A DNA stretch of 63,791 bases, counting the filler, from Choristocarpus tenellus KU-1152 (taxonomy: Eukaryota; Protista; Phaeophyceae): assembly GCA_964200185.2 (NCBI GenBank). It is 11 parts of 11 records of this genome, joined end to end, with 100 filler letters (N's around TTAATTAATTAA, not from the genome) between each part and the next. Parts side by side here need not be neighbours in the genome. Positions count along the whole stretch, not along the records: positions 8,669 to 12,633 come from CAXNAD020016892.1; positions 12,734 to 18,311 come from CAXNAD020010365.1; positions 18,412 to 25,209 come from CAXNAD020007322.1; 8 more parts are not named here. The stretch is one strand, 5' to 3'. A model generated the notes under the pieces. It was not told where the DNA came from and did no database searches. It worked only from the letters and a program-made list of their open reading frames with translations. Below are positions 9,322-23,100 of the stretch, one piece after another. A program made the position numbers and the translations under genes. Positions within the stretch are counted from its first letter, which is position 1. Each line of letters opens with the position of its first letter.

Positions 9322-12091
9322 CGGATCAACCTCTTTGACCTCCCACCAATGAATGTTGAAGAATTCGAGCTTCGCCTCTGTGGGATCCATCTCATCCACA
9401 TTTTGGTTCAGGAAGTACCTCATCTTGGTAAGATATGCCCAAAAAACACTGAGCAGTGTTAACTTACATGTATGCTCGCTTTGCTTAAGAAGAGGGACAT
9501 TATGGGAGGTGTACCATACTGCAACTGCACATATGGTTGCGTTAGGTTTGTTGGCAGCACGGGCGCAGAGGCGCGTTCAACAGCTTTAACAGAGGTATGC
9601 ATACTTTCACAGAACGTTCTTTGTCCCAGCAGCATATTTCGGAACAGAAATAGGAAGTGATTTATCAGGAAAAAATGTACTCATTACTAAGTTGCATGGG
9701 TTTCTCGGGGTGGCGGCTGTCCATTTGGGGTCGTCAGTTTTTCATGACGCGATTTTTATTTTTATTTGGTTGCATACGTCAGATGGATAATGTAAACACA
9801 CTTTTCCTGATTTGGGACAAAATGGATACCCAGGTGTAGACCCCCCCCCCCCCCCCCCCCCCCACATACTTTGGGTCTTCCAGAGGAAAAAACGTTTCAT
9901 GCTCACGAAGAAACAGGTAGAAACATGACATATTGTAGGCAGAGTATAATTGCTGACAACCAAGCAACATAAGATAAGGAAGCGCATCATCAAATGTTTT
10001 GATTGATTCAATACAATGCATGTGCTGTTCATGCAGGTGATTCATAACGTCCAATATCGACTGAGCAGCACAGATCCATCATCTACTATATATTTCTCAG
10101 TGGCAAAAAAGTGGAACCACTGAGTGATTGCCAGAGAGGTCCAGTATATTGAAGAACAGGGTGCCGTCCCACAAAAGTACATTAATTAAGTGAGCTGAAC
10201 CCCAATATTGGCAAGATGAATAGAGTTGAGTTGAATCTATGTGTGTCATAAGAAGCCATCAGTTGAGTACTTCCATTCTTGCCCTGCTGGTGTACAACTT
10301 CAATAATAAACAAGCTGTTGAATCTCAAGTCTTCCCATAAGTTGAGCATTGCTTTCCTTGTCAGTGGTTCAAAAATTTACCTGAAGTGGTACACCATTTT
10401 GCTGCAACACACAACCTAAAAGTTGGAGATCACCATCTTATTACAAGAATCAACAACAAAATTCAAAGTGAAATGTAGAAGTGAAAATACCAGAGTAGGT
10501 GTGGAGCTCTATCAGAGCAAAATCAAAGAGTTGAGATGTGAATGATCCAGCACTTGAATGGAGATCTGAAAAATAAAAATATCAAGATACGTGTGACATG
10601 CGAGTGAGCTAGGAACTGTCTCACCTGTTCAGGACATACTTCAATAATGTGAAGAAAAAAACTCGGCCCAGTGCGTATCCAAAGGCCCCACAACCCACCC
10701 ATCACAAGGAACTAGTATGACCATACCACTTCTCACACCCAACACCACCTGTGCATCACAGGACTCCTCTACGATATTTGAACCTACTTACCTACACCCT
10801 GTCTTCAGACCCCTCCCCACCATACACTTCATTTGCTCCTTTCTATTCCAAGATGCCTGAAACAGGGGGCTACAGATAAAAGACATAATTGTATTTTATC
10901 ACTCACCTCTTTCACGCCAATGAATGACTCAGGGTGAGACGAAATTCTCTGGAAGAGGGTGGTGGTGCCCCCCTTCTGAACCCCAAGTCCGAAAAAGTGA
11001 AAGTCCTTCAGGATTTTGTTAGTTGTCATTTCATGCGTTAGGTTCGGCGAGGGGAAGAGTGAGGTTGGCACTGTTGATGTAAGGGCTGCCTCTGGAGATG
11101 ATTTGTACTGTAAAGTGTATGGGACACAGGCAGAGTGACTACAGATCACCAAGCACTAATGAAAATTCTTGTGAGAGGAGGAGTTGTTTGCGTATGTATG
11201 CCGGGGGAGTACCTTACTCGTGTCAATGGCGCGTTGGAGTTTTATCGCATTTACTTTTCCAGCATTTCAATTCGCCTTGCGTTCCTTTCCGTATATGATT
11301 ACCTCACCCTAATAATCAATTTAATCGTGGTCCATGCCACAAATACCGCTGCTTGAAGCCAGTTTATTTTTCCAGAGACCTATAGACCCCAAAAGTTCAT
11401 ACTACACGAGACCGCAATAACTCCTCCATGGTAGACGTAAGACGTCTATATCATCAAATCTTTTGTCATTAAAGAAGCAAACACGTAGGCCTCTACCTGT
11501 TGTAGATCTCTACAAGCATGCCACAAATAATGTAAAATGCAGGCAGTGCGTGGATACCATTGGTTTACAGGGCACTACCGTAACGCGAGAAACATGAAGG
11601 TAGAGTGGACGCGAACGAATTCAAATGTGGTGGGACCAGATTTTTATCGTCACAAGTTGACCAATGCTTACCGTTCGGTTGCGGTAAGCCTGTAGCTCCT
11701 CCTTTCCACAAGGCCCACCGCCCTCGTCGTCTCCAATCAGCCATGTAAGACCCAGTTCCTTGGCAGGGCAATCCAGTGGTTCCACACTTATTGGCGACTC
11801 AACGTTCGCGTTCTTCTCAGGTTGGGTGACCGGATCGATAACGACTGCAGTTGTCTGAATTGGAGCTGGGCTTTGAGTAGCGGTAGGTGTAGGCGTGGCT
11901 GATGCCACTAATTCCAATGTTTGGACCAAAGTCTGATTCACATTTTCCTTCTGAAATACACTTGACGGAGAAAACAATTGTTGCTCTTGACGTATGGCAA
12001 CGTAAGTAGCAAGGCCGCATCCTGCCAGGGTCAGGAGCATCACAAATTTCGTTGGTCGAAAGTGTCTGAGTTGGGTTGGCAGGTTCTCCAT
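9322..12091 (-). CDS. Type II membrane (Golgi-type) sulfotransferase, HS3ST/NDST sulfotransferase-domain-like; 5' part
   Basis: Exon 12091-11672: Met start, TM segment FVMLLTLAGCGLATYVAI, Thr/Pro-rich stem, donor gtaag. Exon ~11091-10907: DFHFFGLGVQKGGTTTLFQRISSHPESFIGVKE, the 5'-PSB PAPS-binding loop, donor gtgagt. Exon 9423-9322: MRYFLNQ...WWEVKEVDP, donor gtgagt, giving the expected KExxYF junction. The link between the first two exons and all 3' exons are unresolved. Confidence 0.8.
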
Positions 12092-13337
12092 GATTCTAGT
12101 CTGTAACTATCCTGTTGTCAACTCCACATAAACCTACACCAACTCCTCCATCTTTATCCTTCCATCATATATTTTAGAAGAAAGAAGAGAACATGCAGTA
12201 GATGTATTGGAATAGTTACATGTATACACCAATGTTGGTTCATATATTATTGTAAGATATATATGGTGGAAAATATGCTAAGAAAATTGTTGACCCCTCC
12301 ATCTTCCACATATTTTGTGTACAATTTCGTCCTTATTTTAAACCAATGAAAAATGCAATTCAAGAACTCCATTTTTTTCAAATGTGTAAAAGGATATTGA
12401 AGTTCCAAATTAGCCCTCACACGCCACCAGAGCCAGTGTGGACAAGGGGCAAATGCATGGGCCTCACTCAACGCAATCCCTGGAATTGGCATGCCAGATC
12501 CTCTCTACAGAAATCAAGCTCACCGTCAGCAGATCCATAGGGAGCTACAGGGTTATCAGATTTATTATCTGGTGATATAAGCCATGATAAGATTACAAAG
12601 TATCTTAATTCGGCAGATTTAGGTTGAAAGGAANNNNNNNNNNNNNNNNNNNNNNNNNNNNNNNNNNNNNNNNNNNNTTAATTAATTAANNNNNNNNNNN
12701 NNNNNNNNNNNNNNNNNNNNNNNNNNNNNNNNNTGGGATTTTGCATCGGAGGGTGGTTGGGGGGGGGGGGGGTTCTACACCAGGGTGTCCATTTGGGCCA
12801 TAACCAGGAAACGTGCACATACATTATCCATCCGACAAAAACAACCAAATCACCCAAAAATCGCAACATAAAATAATTGACTCCAAATGGACAGTCACCA
12901 CCCCCCCCCCAGATACTTTGAGCCAATATCAGGTCACTGTCCACTTATTGTTTTCCCTCCGGCAGAGAATAAACAATGCTATTTCAGTCTGTCACACCTT
13001 GCCAGATCTTTGCACTGAGAAATGATACACTAAACAGATTATCATATATTTTGTTGGAGACAAGTAGCAGTTTCAAAACCTCCTCCACATTACCTACACA
13101 GCTAGAGCATGATTACTTCATCGTGCCTTCTCACACCCATCCTAATGCCTTGTTTGGATACTGGGGTACCTTATGTAGCTCTTCAGTCTGCTATTTTGTG
13201 GATGTGGACATATGAAGTTTAAGTTGTTTATCTGGTCATCCCCCATCAATGTTGATCAATTTCACACTTTAACTGGTTTCACCATAAAAAAGGCCACTTC
13301 TACCTCTTGCTCAACTCCCCACGCAACATCCGTCCAG

Positions 13338-16300
13338 GAAAATGCTCTGGTCCTTTCCAATGAACCATGCCGGGTGCCATTTATCATTGACCCTGCCAAT
13401 GCCTGCACTACATGGCTCAAGTCCTACCTCGCAGAGGTAAATTCCGTGACGAGTGAACGTATCTTAGAGGATACGATTTTTTCCCTGTTTGTCCATTTGG
13501 GGCTTAGCTGCCCACGGGCTTTTTAAATGACATTTTCCTACTCCAAAATGTTTCGGAGTAGTTAAAATGTTTATGTTAAGAAAAGGTGTGTCCGGAACAT
13601 GGATATTGACACTTCCTAACAAACACGATGGGCAAAATTACATCAAAATCGCAACATTGGATTTTGGCCCCCAAATGGACACGGCTCTACCCTCTAAGAT
13701 ACTTTGGCTCTGACCACCCACCTCTTTCAATTGATTCGAATTTCAAATATTCCTGTGATGTGATTAGAGTGTACTGTTTAATATTTAAACATTCCCCTGC
13801 TACCTGCATTTTATTTGTATATGTTGCTTGAGTGTTCTCTCACTACGAGTTTTTTCTGCTAGGATAATAATCATCTGTGCTCACTTTAGTTCACTTTCAA
13901 CGTGCCTGAAGTCTTATTGTACCCTTACTTCCTCAGAGTGTCACAACACACTATGTGATATGCTTTGTCTGCCCTTCTCATTACATGCAATCATAAACAT
14001 CTCCCCCAAATGGGCAAATTTCCCGAAGAACAGATTGTAATCTAGCATGTTACTGACCATTATCCTCAAATCCTCACTGCCTATCATTTCATATGCTCGT
14101 TGCCTTTGACCATCAAACAGGACCCAGCCCGTCCACTTGAGATAGTATCAGCAGCAAATAATCGTTTTTCCTCCCATGTAGAACTTGCTGTTCGATTTGG
14201 CAAGACCTTGCTCATCCTTGAGGCAGATGGGCTCGAACCTATGCTCTATCCCTTAGTCAGGCACGACTTGATTCACCAAGGGCCGCGATTTGTAGTACAG
14301 GTTGGGGACAAGGTGAGATGAGACAATACATCCTTCCAGATTACCACAGTCTACCACATCTTAAGGAAAGATGGAAAGAGGATCAGCACTGAACGAATAT
14401 CTTCAAAGGCATATCAAAAAACCTTTCTGCTCCTCCAATTTGCATCCACCTTATCCATATTGATCACCAGTACACTCCATGAAATGAAATCCCATGTTAG
14501 ATACAGATTCTCCCAACTGAGCGACCAACTCCAGAACAGGGTTGAACATGATGTAAGGTTGGTGGAAGCAATCACATTCAGTAGAGCACGAACCAAAATG
14601 CTTGCAAACCTCTACCATAGGAATTAACACCAAGGGTCTAATTTCAGGAATGCATAGGTATCAACACCATCACCGCAGCACTCTGACTTTATGATCTCTA
14701 TTTAAATTTACTCCTCAAACATCTGGCGAGAAGTTAATGGACTACAACGAGAACTTCCGTTTGTTCATCGTGACAAGAAATCCCAAGCCAGACCTTCCCC
14801 CCGATGCCAGTGCAGTACTTTGTGAGGTCAACTTCACTGTGACAAGGTGCATACAGTAGCCCTTTGAAGTATTGTCTGGGCACAGCCTGTCATTCACCAT
14901 CAAGTGAATCAGATTCCTATGTTTCTTGTAGGCTTGCATCAACTTTTTTGCCGCCCAACAAATAAGGGTACAGTCAAAGTGTCTACAAACACATTAAGGT
15001 CCTTCCATACTCGGTACCAACCTTGCATTACCCTGGGTTCGCTAGTACTCTGAGGTAATCTCCAGTATCTTTCTCCCACACTAGTATCGAAAAATAATAA
15101 ACCTACATTTCATAGGTCTGGTCTGGAGGGGCAACTTCTTGGCGTGACAATACAGCACGAGCAACCAGAGCTGGAGCATGCTAAGTCGGATATGCTCCAA
15201 CAGGAAGAGGGTTTCAAGGTTAGATATGATCTACTTCATACTTACTACATTGCATAGTGGCTATTGTACAATACAAATGGAAGGATGCATATCTTAGCTC
15301 AAGCTCTCAATGTGACACATAGAACATTCCCCAAGAAGTAACAATTTCCTGCAGAAGGGTAAACCTTCACATGAAAGCTAGTTACTTAACAAAATGATTC
15401 GATATAAACAGGTGGTACTTTGTGTAAGTAAGCTGTTATGTTCGCAAAACAAATAGCAGGATTCACGAGCTGCCTACAACAGAGCTAGAACGTGCTCATC
15501 CTAGTCACACCCAATTCGGGAGAATACTGATATGACAACATTGACACCGGCAAGGCCAATGCTTTCGTGCCTGGACTACATATTGTTGTACCAGCAGCGT
15601 TGTCATTTATTTGTAGTGCACACAACTGACTTGCTGGTAAGCTATACTCAACAGAAAATTTAATCTATGCACCAAAAAGACTAAATCAAACTATCAGTAC
15701 AAGAAAATATTTCCAAAATTTTTGATTTCGTCTTGATTGCTAAACGTTCAAGGACAATAACTATCTACGCCTCACTCTTTACTTTGCTCTCACTTATAAT
15801 ATGAGCCAAAGAATTTACGTACTACCCTGGAGAACTGGTCAACTCTCCAATGTTGAAGTGCCCGCTATGTTACTCACAGGCTTTTAAATACTTGACTTTG
15901 CCGAAATGGGTATGATGTTAGAGTCAGGGTTAGCTATTTTTATAGCACTGGATGTAAATATCTAAATATATTATTTATGTGGTGAGAATATTTGTGCAGC
16001 ACTACAAAATTGGAGTATTGATCGGATCCCACAACCTTGGAACGTTGGAAACATGGCTGCCACTTGGTGCTTGAGAATGCTCTGAAGTATAACATTTGAT
16101 AATCGTCATTCTTTCAATGGAGCACTATGGCACACTATGGTTATCCTGGAGTGAAAAGTCAGTGAAGTTGTGTCAACAATCACACATGGTTTTTGATACC
16201 TCACCACTATCCAAGCCTTTCAGTGGATTGTAATAGAAACATACTATCAAACTATCCTTTCATGTTATCCCCAGGATTGGAAGAACTGTCTATATCTGTA

Positions 16301-18148
16301 CACTCAACTGTGACCGAACTCCATCCTTGTACTTGTACTTCAAAGTACCCCTTCCTTAGTCTTGTGTACTGGAGTGGCCGGGCAGAAACACAGGGGTGCC
16401 TAATGATTGACCATGAATACCACATTGGCATTCAAATAGATTTCTTATAATTTCACTGAATCGGCTTTAAACACTTCAGGTTCGATTGGCAGAGTTGGAG
16501 AAGGCCTTGCTTGAGACACTGGCCACAGCAGAGGGAGATTTGCTTGAGGACACATCCCTCATTGAGCGACTCAGCGAGACAAAGGCCACAGCAAAGGACA
16601 TACAGGTCTATATCCGTCTTACAATGTTCTCATGCCGACTACCGACATTCTCTGCTGTCTGTGAGGATGACAACTTTCCATAGTATTTCTTTTCTATAAT
16701 ATGATCTGTGATACAAGCTAGAAGTGATGGGCTTACTTTGAACGTTTGCTGACTCTTTCACTCAAAGTCCAAGCTAGTGGGCACGCCAGATGTCCCCTAC
16801 ATGTGTTCTTACATACAGTCGCTGTAGTCCTTGCTGACCGGAAGTCCTCCTCACCTCCAGAATAGTCTCAATCTAGCTCAGTGCAGAAAAAAGCCAATTG
16901 CAAGCAAACCAATGGGTCTAGTCATCTGATCTGTAGAATCAACCCCATTACCGCCTGAAACTGTTTCCAACACCTTTTCACACCCTCCCTCAAACCCGAC
17001 TATATCCAAGCACCTGCTCAGGCTCCCATACAGGGCATACTCATTCACATTTCACCTTTGTTCTCTGAAATATGGACCACTTTCAGGTTTCCCTAGAGAA
17101 GTCAGCTGAGGCATCAGAGGAGTTGGATCGCCAACGAGAGGCATATAGAAGCTTTGCCAGGGGCGGATCTACACTGTTTTTCCTTGTGGATGCCCTCCAG
17201 GTGTGTACATGAATGAATACATGGGTGGATGGAGAGCCCATAATCCATTACAGGGAGTGGTGGTTAAACGCCCTCCTCTTCACAGTGACAAATCGAAATA
17301 GACAGTCAATGCAGGTGTAACAATGATTTGGTAGTCTCGGACAAGGAAACTGGTAGAGAAAGCAAACAAATTTTGAGTAAAAAATAGTACTATTCTCAAG
17401 TGCTGACATCCAGAAAAATCAACCAACTCAGGGAGGAAGAAATAACACACTATCCAACCCTCCTCTCAAACGGAACACAGGCTGCAAGCCCAATGTACAA
17501 ATTTTCGCTGGCAAGCTTTGTCCGCCTATTTCAGGCTGCCTTATCTGACCCATCTACGGGAGTCGGGATCCCTGCTGGAGGTGGAGGAGTGGGAGAAGGT
17601 TCTGGAGGGCGGAGGCCATCTGATCCTCGATCTGGAGGATCTTCCATAGGGCAGAGAGAAGGAGAGGCAGCAGTGACGAAGAGACTGTCACGTTTAACAC
17701 CAGCCCTGGAGGTGAAATACACAGCAACTCCACCAGCCACATTGAGATCGAGCTAGGGATTAGTTTTCTAACAACCCACGAGTAAAAAGAAGTCAGGAAT
17801 ATCAATATATGTTCTTTGGAGTACTAAGAATATAATGGCATGAGGTTTATCTACTGTACATAACCAGCACCTCAATCTGCCCATTGCTGCAATAACTCAA
17901 CCAAGATGATGCACTATACTGTCTTGTGAACAAGCAAAACTACAAGAGCTTCATAAATCATTATCCCATCTCCACCAAACGGACATTGTTCCACCCTCTG
18001 ATGCCCTATTGCACCCCTAACCGTTATACCTCCACAACAAAAATAGATGCGAACTCTGTATTTTGTGGGTCGAGCTCTCCTGAAAGAAGATCGGCCTATT
18101 TTTGCTCTCCATCTCGTGCATGGGATGCACCCCGAACTGTTCCAAGAG
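13338..18148 (+). CDS. DYNC2H1: Cytoplasmic dynein 2 heavy chain (retrograde IFT motor), AAA5/strut region, internal fragment
   Basis: Eight phase-consistent exons: 13338-13436, 14121-14312, 14734-14846, 15116-15218, 16480-16605, 17087-17200, 17481-17711, 18047-18148. Peptides ENALVL..PFIIDP, ELAVRFGKTLLILEADGLEPMLYPL, DYNENFRLF..TRNP, EVNFTVTRSGLEGQLL, MYKFSLASFVRLF and FALHLVHGMHPELFQE are characteristic of dynein-2. Confidence 0.96.
13451..13710 (-). mobile_element. MITE B full copy in dynein intron, 14 bp after the donor site
   Basis: GAGTGAACGTATCTTAGAGG...CCTCTAAGATACTTTGGCTC with perfect TGAC / TGAC duplication. Confidence 0.95.
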
Positions 18149-18411
18149 GTAGGTTGACCCATTTGGAGGGCTCCCTCTAATTTGTTGTTGATTCTAGCGT
18201 GAGTCTAGGAAAGTAAACATTGACTAAAGTATCTCAGGGGGGGGGGGGGACCACACTTGGGTGTCCCTTTGGCCCAAAATCAAGAAAAGGACACTTATAA
18301 TATCCATCAGANNNNNNNNNNNNNNNNNNNNNNNNNNNNNNNNNNNNNNNNNNNNTTAATTAATTAANNNNNNNNNNNNNNNNNNNNNNNNNNNNNNNNN
18401 NNNNNNNNNNN

Positions 18412-18725
18412 AGCCCCCCCCACCTGCATGGGGTGCGAGTGGAGTGGGCAGGGTGGGACAGTCTGGGATATACTTGGGACAATCCAATAGTGGGGTTGGG
18501 GTAGGGGTTGGAGTGGGGATGCCATACGGTCTGGAGGTTATCGGAGGTGCTGCAGGAGGAGTGCCACCGTACTTTGGTTACCCGGGGCACCCAGTTGGCA
18601 TTCCTGTCCCCATTTTGCCATCATTCAGGATGGATGCTGGGATCTCGACACAGCTTTATTTGGGAAACACTGACAGCATTGCTGGCAACACATCACAGGC
18701 AATGTCGATTGCTGCCATGCCTTAA
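18412..18725 (+). CDS. Probable terminal exon of an unidentified gene (Gly/Val/Pro-rich)
   Basis: Coding-like open frame near the contig start (...GVGVGVGVGMPYGLEVIGGAAGGVPPYFGYPGHPVG...AAMP*) followed by UTR-like sequence. No recognisable domain. Confidence 0.45.
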
Positions 18726-19539
18726 CGGGGAGGGCTGGTATATTGATTGGGAAACTTGGAACCTGCCCAGTGGCACTGCTGCGGAACAGGGTTAGGGTTA
18801 TATCGGCATTTGACATGTCGAAACCTGTTGCAGGGTACTGACCATCTTTGTGTGTGCCTTCACAAGATTGGATATTTTTCCCCATGTACAGTGTTTAGTT
18901 CGAAGTAAGAGTATAGAGTATGCACCTACTGTGGTGTGAGATGAGTTGTCTTCTACTACGAGCACAACGAAGTTTGTTTTGGAGGGAGACTTACTGTGCG
19001 TACGGCATATTTTGCTGCACGTGGTGAGTAAGACAAGCACATTGACGGTAGAAGCCATTCTTCAAACCTCCCCTTTTGTTATGTTTACCATTCATCGTGG
19101 TAGTCACCTTTTGTAAATGTTAGGTGCTGTCTCTTTTTGTTCTTAGAAATTTCTTTCCCGGTTGTCATGTGTGCCTCCCACACAATTGAACACTCATTTG
19201 GCCTTAAAAGACCACGGGAGTTTCTTCTGTTACTTCAATAGTATTCTTGTCTCTTAGCTTTTTTGACTTGATAGTGTGACACAAGAGTGTGCAATTATAT
19301 CCAGGTGTCTCCATTTTCCCTATGATGAATTCCATCCAACTTTAATCTGTCAATTTTTGTAAATAACCGTAACTTTAATATGTCAATTTTTGAAAGTGAA
19401 AACCTTGTCTGTCATTGACTGTGAACAAGGGTCTTACCCCCAAGTGCTGAAGAAAAATTGTCTTGACTTTTTTTCCCAGTCTGATCAAACTTATCTTGTC
19501 TAGTGCGATCCAATAGTAAGGCTTTGTGGGGCTTCTGAG

Positions 19540-19830
19540 AAGAGCAGTGACAAGTTTTGTATTTTGAGTTCACTGGAAGTTGCAACTAACTTGATATCAA
19601 TGTGGACCGAATCTGCGTTGCCATGATTTGATCAATATATTCAATACCGCCTCATTCCATATTTTTGGAAGTAGCCCAAATACAGTGAATTACATACTTG
19701 AAGTGAGGGCTGAGAGAGGGAACTTTTGCAGCATCACTTGCACAACTCAAAACATTTCAGCACTTTTGTAATAGTCAACAATCGATGGTGTGGTGTCTTC
19801 AAGATTGGCCTTGACAGCTGCTGAGCTACA
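19540..19830 (-). pseudogene. Possible hAT transposase C-terminal dimerisation-domain relic
   Basis: Broken reading PSIVDYYK...KVPSLSPHFKYVIHCIWATSKNME*GG...IMATQIRSTL loosely resembles the hATC pattern (FPxL...ATSxxxER...RxxL). Weak. Confidence 0.3.
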
Positions 19831-20196
19831 TACCAGGGATGTTGTAGGTGAAACAATGCCTATCAAGTGGCTCTGGCTTGCTCCCAGACTCACGTATCCC
19901 AACACAATAAGTTGTGAGGATAAAATCGATATTGACATGATGGGATGCCCCCTGCTTGTCCTTGCCCAGTGAACTGATGGCTACTTTTCGCTTGCATGCA
20001 AAAAAAAATGGAATGTCATCCAAACAATAGCATTGCGGACAGCACGTTTTCTATATTGAAACATGATGAAACTCAAACCTTCCATATACACACATGGCAA
20101 TAGGAGAGGTGGGTAGTCGGAAGATTGGGATGTGTAGTCAGTATCGTGGAAGACCTTTGGTGGATGAGGCCGACAAGGAATTGCAGACATTTTGAT

Positions 20197-23100
20197 TTAT
20201 ATGCCACGACTTGCGGCCCCTTCTTCAGCCAGTTCTGCCTCAGGCAAGGATTGGTGTTCCTGTTGGGTAGGGGTTGTCGAGCACTGCAAGGCATCAAACT
20301 CTCGTTTCTGGGCCTTTTCTACCTGTATAGATGCATCGTGGGCAACAATGTGAAGGAAAAGCAGAGAGCATGGGAATACGTTGGCAGAGCGGAGAGCAAA
20401 AATGTAGTCGACTTGATTGGACCTTGGAGCGTAATGAATACTCCGGTGTCGGAGAAGGAGGGATCTAATGCTTGGTGTGGGATCCAAGCTAGGTAAAGAG
20501 AGGCACTGTCTCAACTTGTGCCCCTTATTATGTCTAGGCATGTGACAGATATTTCAGCGCATGTTTTGGGATGTGATACAGTGAATCTATGCAGCACAAG
20601 AAGCGTACAAACTGCCTTCCACAAGGAAGACCATTCCTTGCTAACGATCATTTCCACTAGAGGAAGAATAACCCCTAGTATGATTTATGAACTACGATGT
20701 TGCTACTCTCAAAGTTCTGACCGAGTCCTCGGCAAACTACATGCAGCCCTCATTGTCCTCCTAATGCGCCATGGGCATCAATGTTGAATGACATTGGTTA
20801 GTTCAAGTATATGGTTCTCGAATTGATTAAATCCTCCTTCTGCATCAGAGATGAACTCTGTGTACCTCTGTTAACCAATGTTGAATGCATATCTTTGGGT
20901 GGTTGCATGATTGGATCAACAAGATACGCAAGCAACCTTCCCCTTCCTTCAACATACTCACACATCGTGTGTAAAACCTGTGCCCTATCTTCCCAAGCAA
21001 AACCTGTTCACCTGAGCTAGGGGATCCCAATATTCACGCTCCTTTTCTTGTGCCAACCTTTCCTGTTTCTTCTTGATACTATTCAAATGAGGATGGAGAT
21101 CAAGACAGGATGAAAGGGGATGAGAGAGAGGTTAAAACATCAAACACTATCACGTTGATGGAGTGGAGCTCGTGACACCTTATTGCCTAGTGTCAAACAG
21201 GGTGCTTACAACACACCCAAGAAGAAATAAATTTCAGCATTCAATAGTCAAGTCTGCCCTGCTACATCTCATACAACACTGGTCGATGACTACTGGAAGG
21301 GGAGCTTGACCACAACAAATTGGTAATGGGGTTGGTTGCCCACCTGGCCACCTCCATGTCCCACGTAGGGCGATAGTCCAGTGGATCGTGGAAAAGCTGA
21401 CTGCAGAATGCACAAACCTATTGGTGTGTGTGTGTTCCATTCAGTATTACTATACAACATGAGACTGTTGAGTAACATGGTGCAATTTGTGAAAAATAGG
21501 GTGTGAGCTTCGGATGCTTGCTGGCTTGCTGTGGGTGTAGGGTTGATTGATGGGGTGCTCTTACCTTGACTTCATTATAGCACTGGGGAGGATGCATCAT
21601 GGTCTTGTTGACCTTCAGAATTTTCCCATTTTGTTGAGGGAAGGCCTTGTGCCATGTCATTCGAAGGTCCACAACAGCCTGGGCAGATATATTCACACAT
21701 TGAACCAATCAGATCAAATCCGACTTGCGGCTTACAAATCAATTTCCGACGAATCAATTATTGTTCCTGTCATAAGAAATCAGAGTTATGCTTGTTGGGG
21801 CACATCCTCACAGACATAATATTTAGGAGTTATCTCTTTCATCTGTGGTTAGGAATCGTTAGTACTCATTCGTACTCAGAGTGGAGTGGGACAAATCTTC
21901 AGACTGCAAGATGAAATGTTGACAAATCAACACACTGTACTGTGATTTGTACAATTTTTTGCTCACCAAGGCAAATGATTAGTACATGTTCCATAGACGG
22001 GTTGGTGGTATGAAGAATATTTTTACATGTTTTGCAGAGGATGAGTTGTATGAGAAATATTTGAATAGGTTTTTAACACAGGAATGGTGGTATTGATACA
22101 GATGCATTATACAGTGGTAAATGTTTCCACTTTAAAAAGGTACGGGCTGCCAACTTTGACACATGCAGACATCATTTTACCCAAGACCCTCCCAGGGCTT
22201 CCACGATGTTTTAGTTAATAGTTAATGGTGCAGGAATAGGCTGGTCAGAGACAGAGAAAGGCACTGGTACAACATAGATGGTAGAAAAATAGCAAATAGA
22301 TTAAAGCTTCTCAATTTTGTGACAACTCTTACTTATTTTTCTGACATGTGAATAGTTTTCATTAGTTTTTTTCCTCGCACATCTCCAAAATGTCAGAGGG
22401 CATAATAATAAAAAAAATGTGTTAGTTGAGTAGGGGGGGTGATATATTTGGAAATATCCATAGAACAATAAGGGTACGAAGTACTGTATGAAATTACAGT
22501 AGTTGCAGCAGCAAGCTAAGATTTGTACCTTCCTAACAAATTTCAACAGAACAAGATTTGTATGCCATTGCTCCTTCCTATCAAATTTCAACAGAACAAG
22601 ATTTGTATGCAATTGTTCCTTCCCAACAAATTTCAACAGAACAACATTTGTATCCATTGCTCCTTCCTATCAAATTTAAAAAGAACAAGATTTGTACACA
22701 ATTGTTCCTTCCTATCAATACGCAACATAAGATTTGTACCTGACTGTTCTGTCTGGTGGTGAAACTACAAGATAAGATTTGTGTGTAACGATGAGGTAGA
22801 GACAATTATTTGAATATGCTGATAAAATGGTGAGTGATGTCTACAAATGTGTCAAGGTAATCAATAAGGTTATATCGGCGAATCGGGATTGGACATCATT
22901 CCTCAACATTGAATTGTACTCTGTACATGATTCGTACTACTACAAGATTACGACCCAGAACTGGTTTGTACATCTTCACCACCCCTTCAACCATCGCAAA
23001 GAGCCAAACCAAGTAGGAGGTAGGCAGTTTTGGAACATTTTTGTATCCCAAGGCATCTTCCTTACCCTCAGCCAAAGTAAATGAGAGGTACCCAGGTTTG

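Noticed and set aside
10625-10750. Possible extra sulfotransferase exon (cag...CAG|gtgag)
   Set aside because: The KE/MRYF motif joins 10907 directly to 9423, and this segment would interrupt it.
13451-13710. MITEs acting as introner (intron-creating) elements
   Set aside because: Copies lie inside existing introns or other repeats, and their ends do not coincide with splice sites.
22518-22740. CRISPR-like or coding repeat (overlapping ORFs 22301-22805)
   Set aside because: Head-to-tail minisatellite with no unique spacers, inside an intron.
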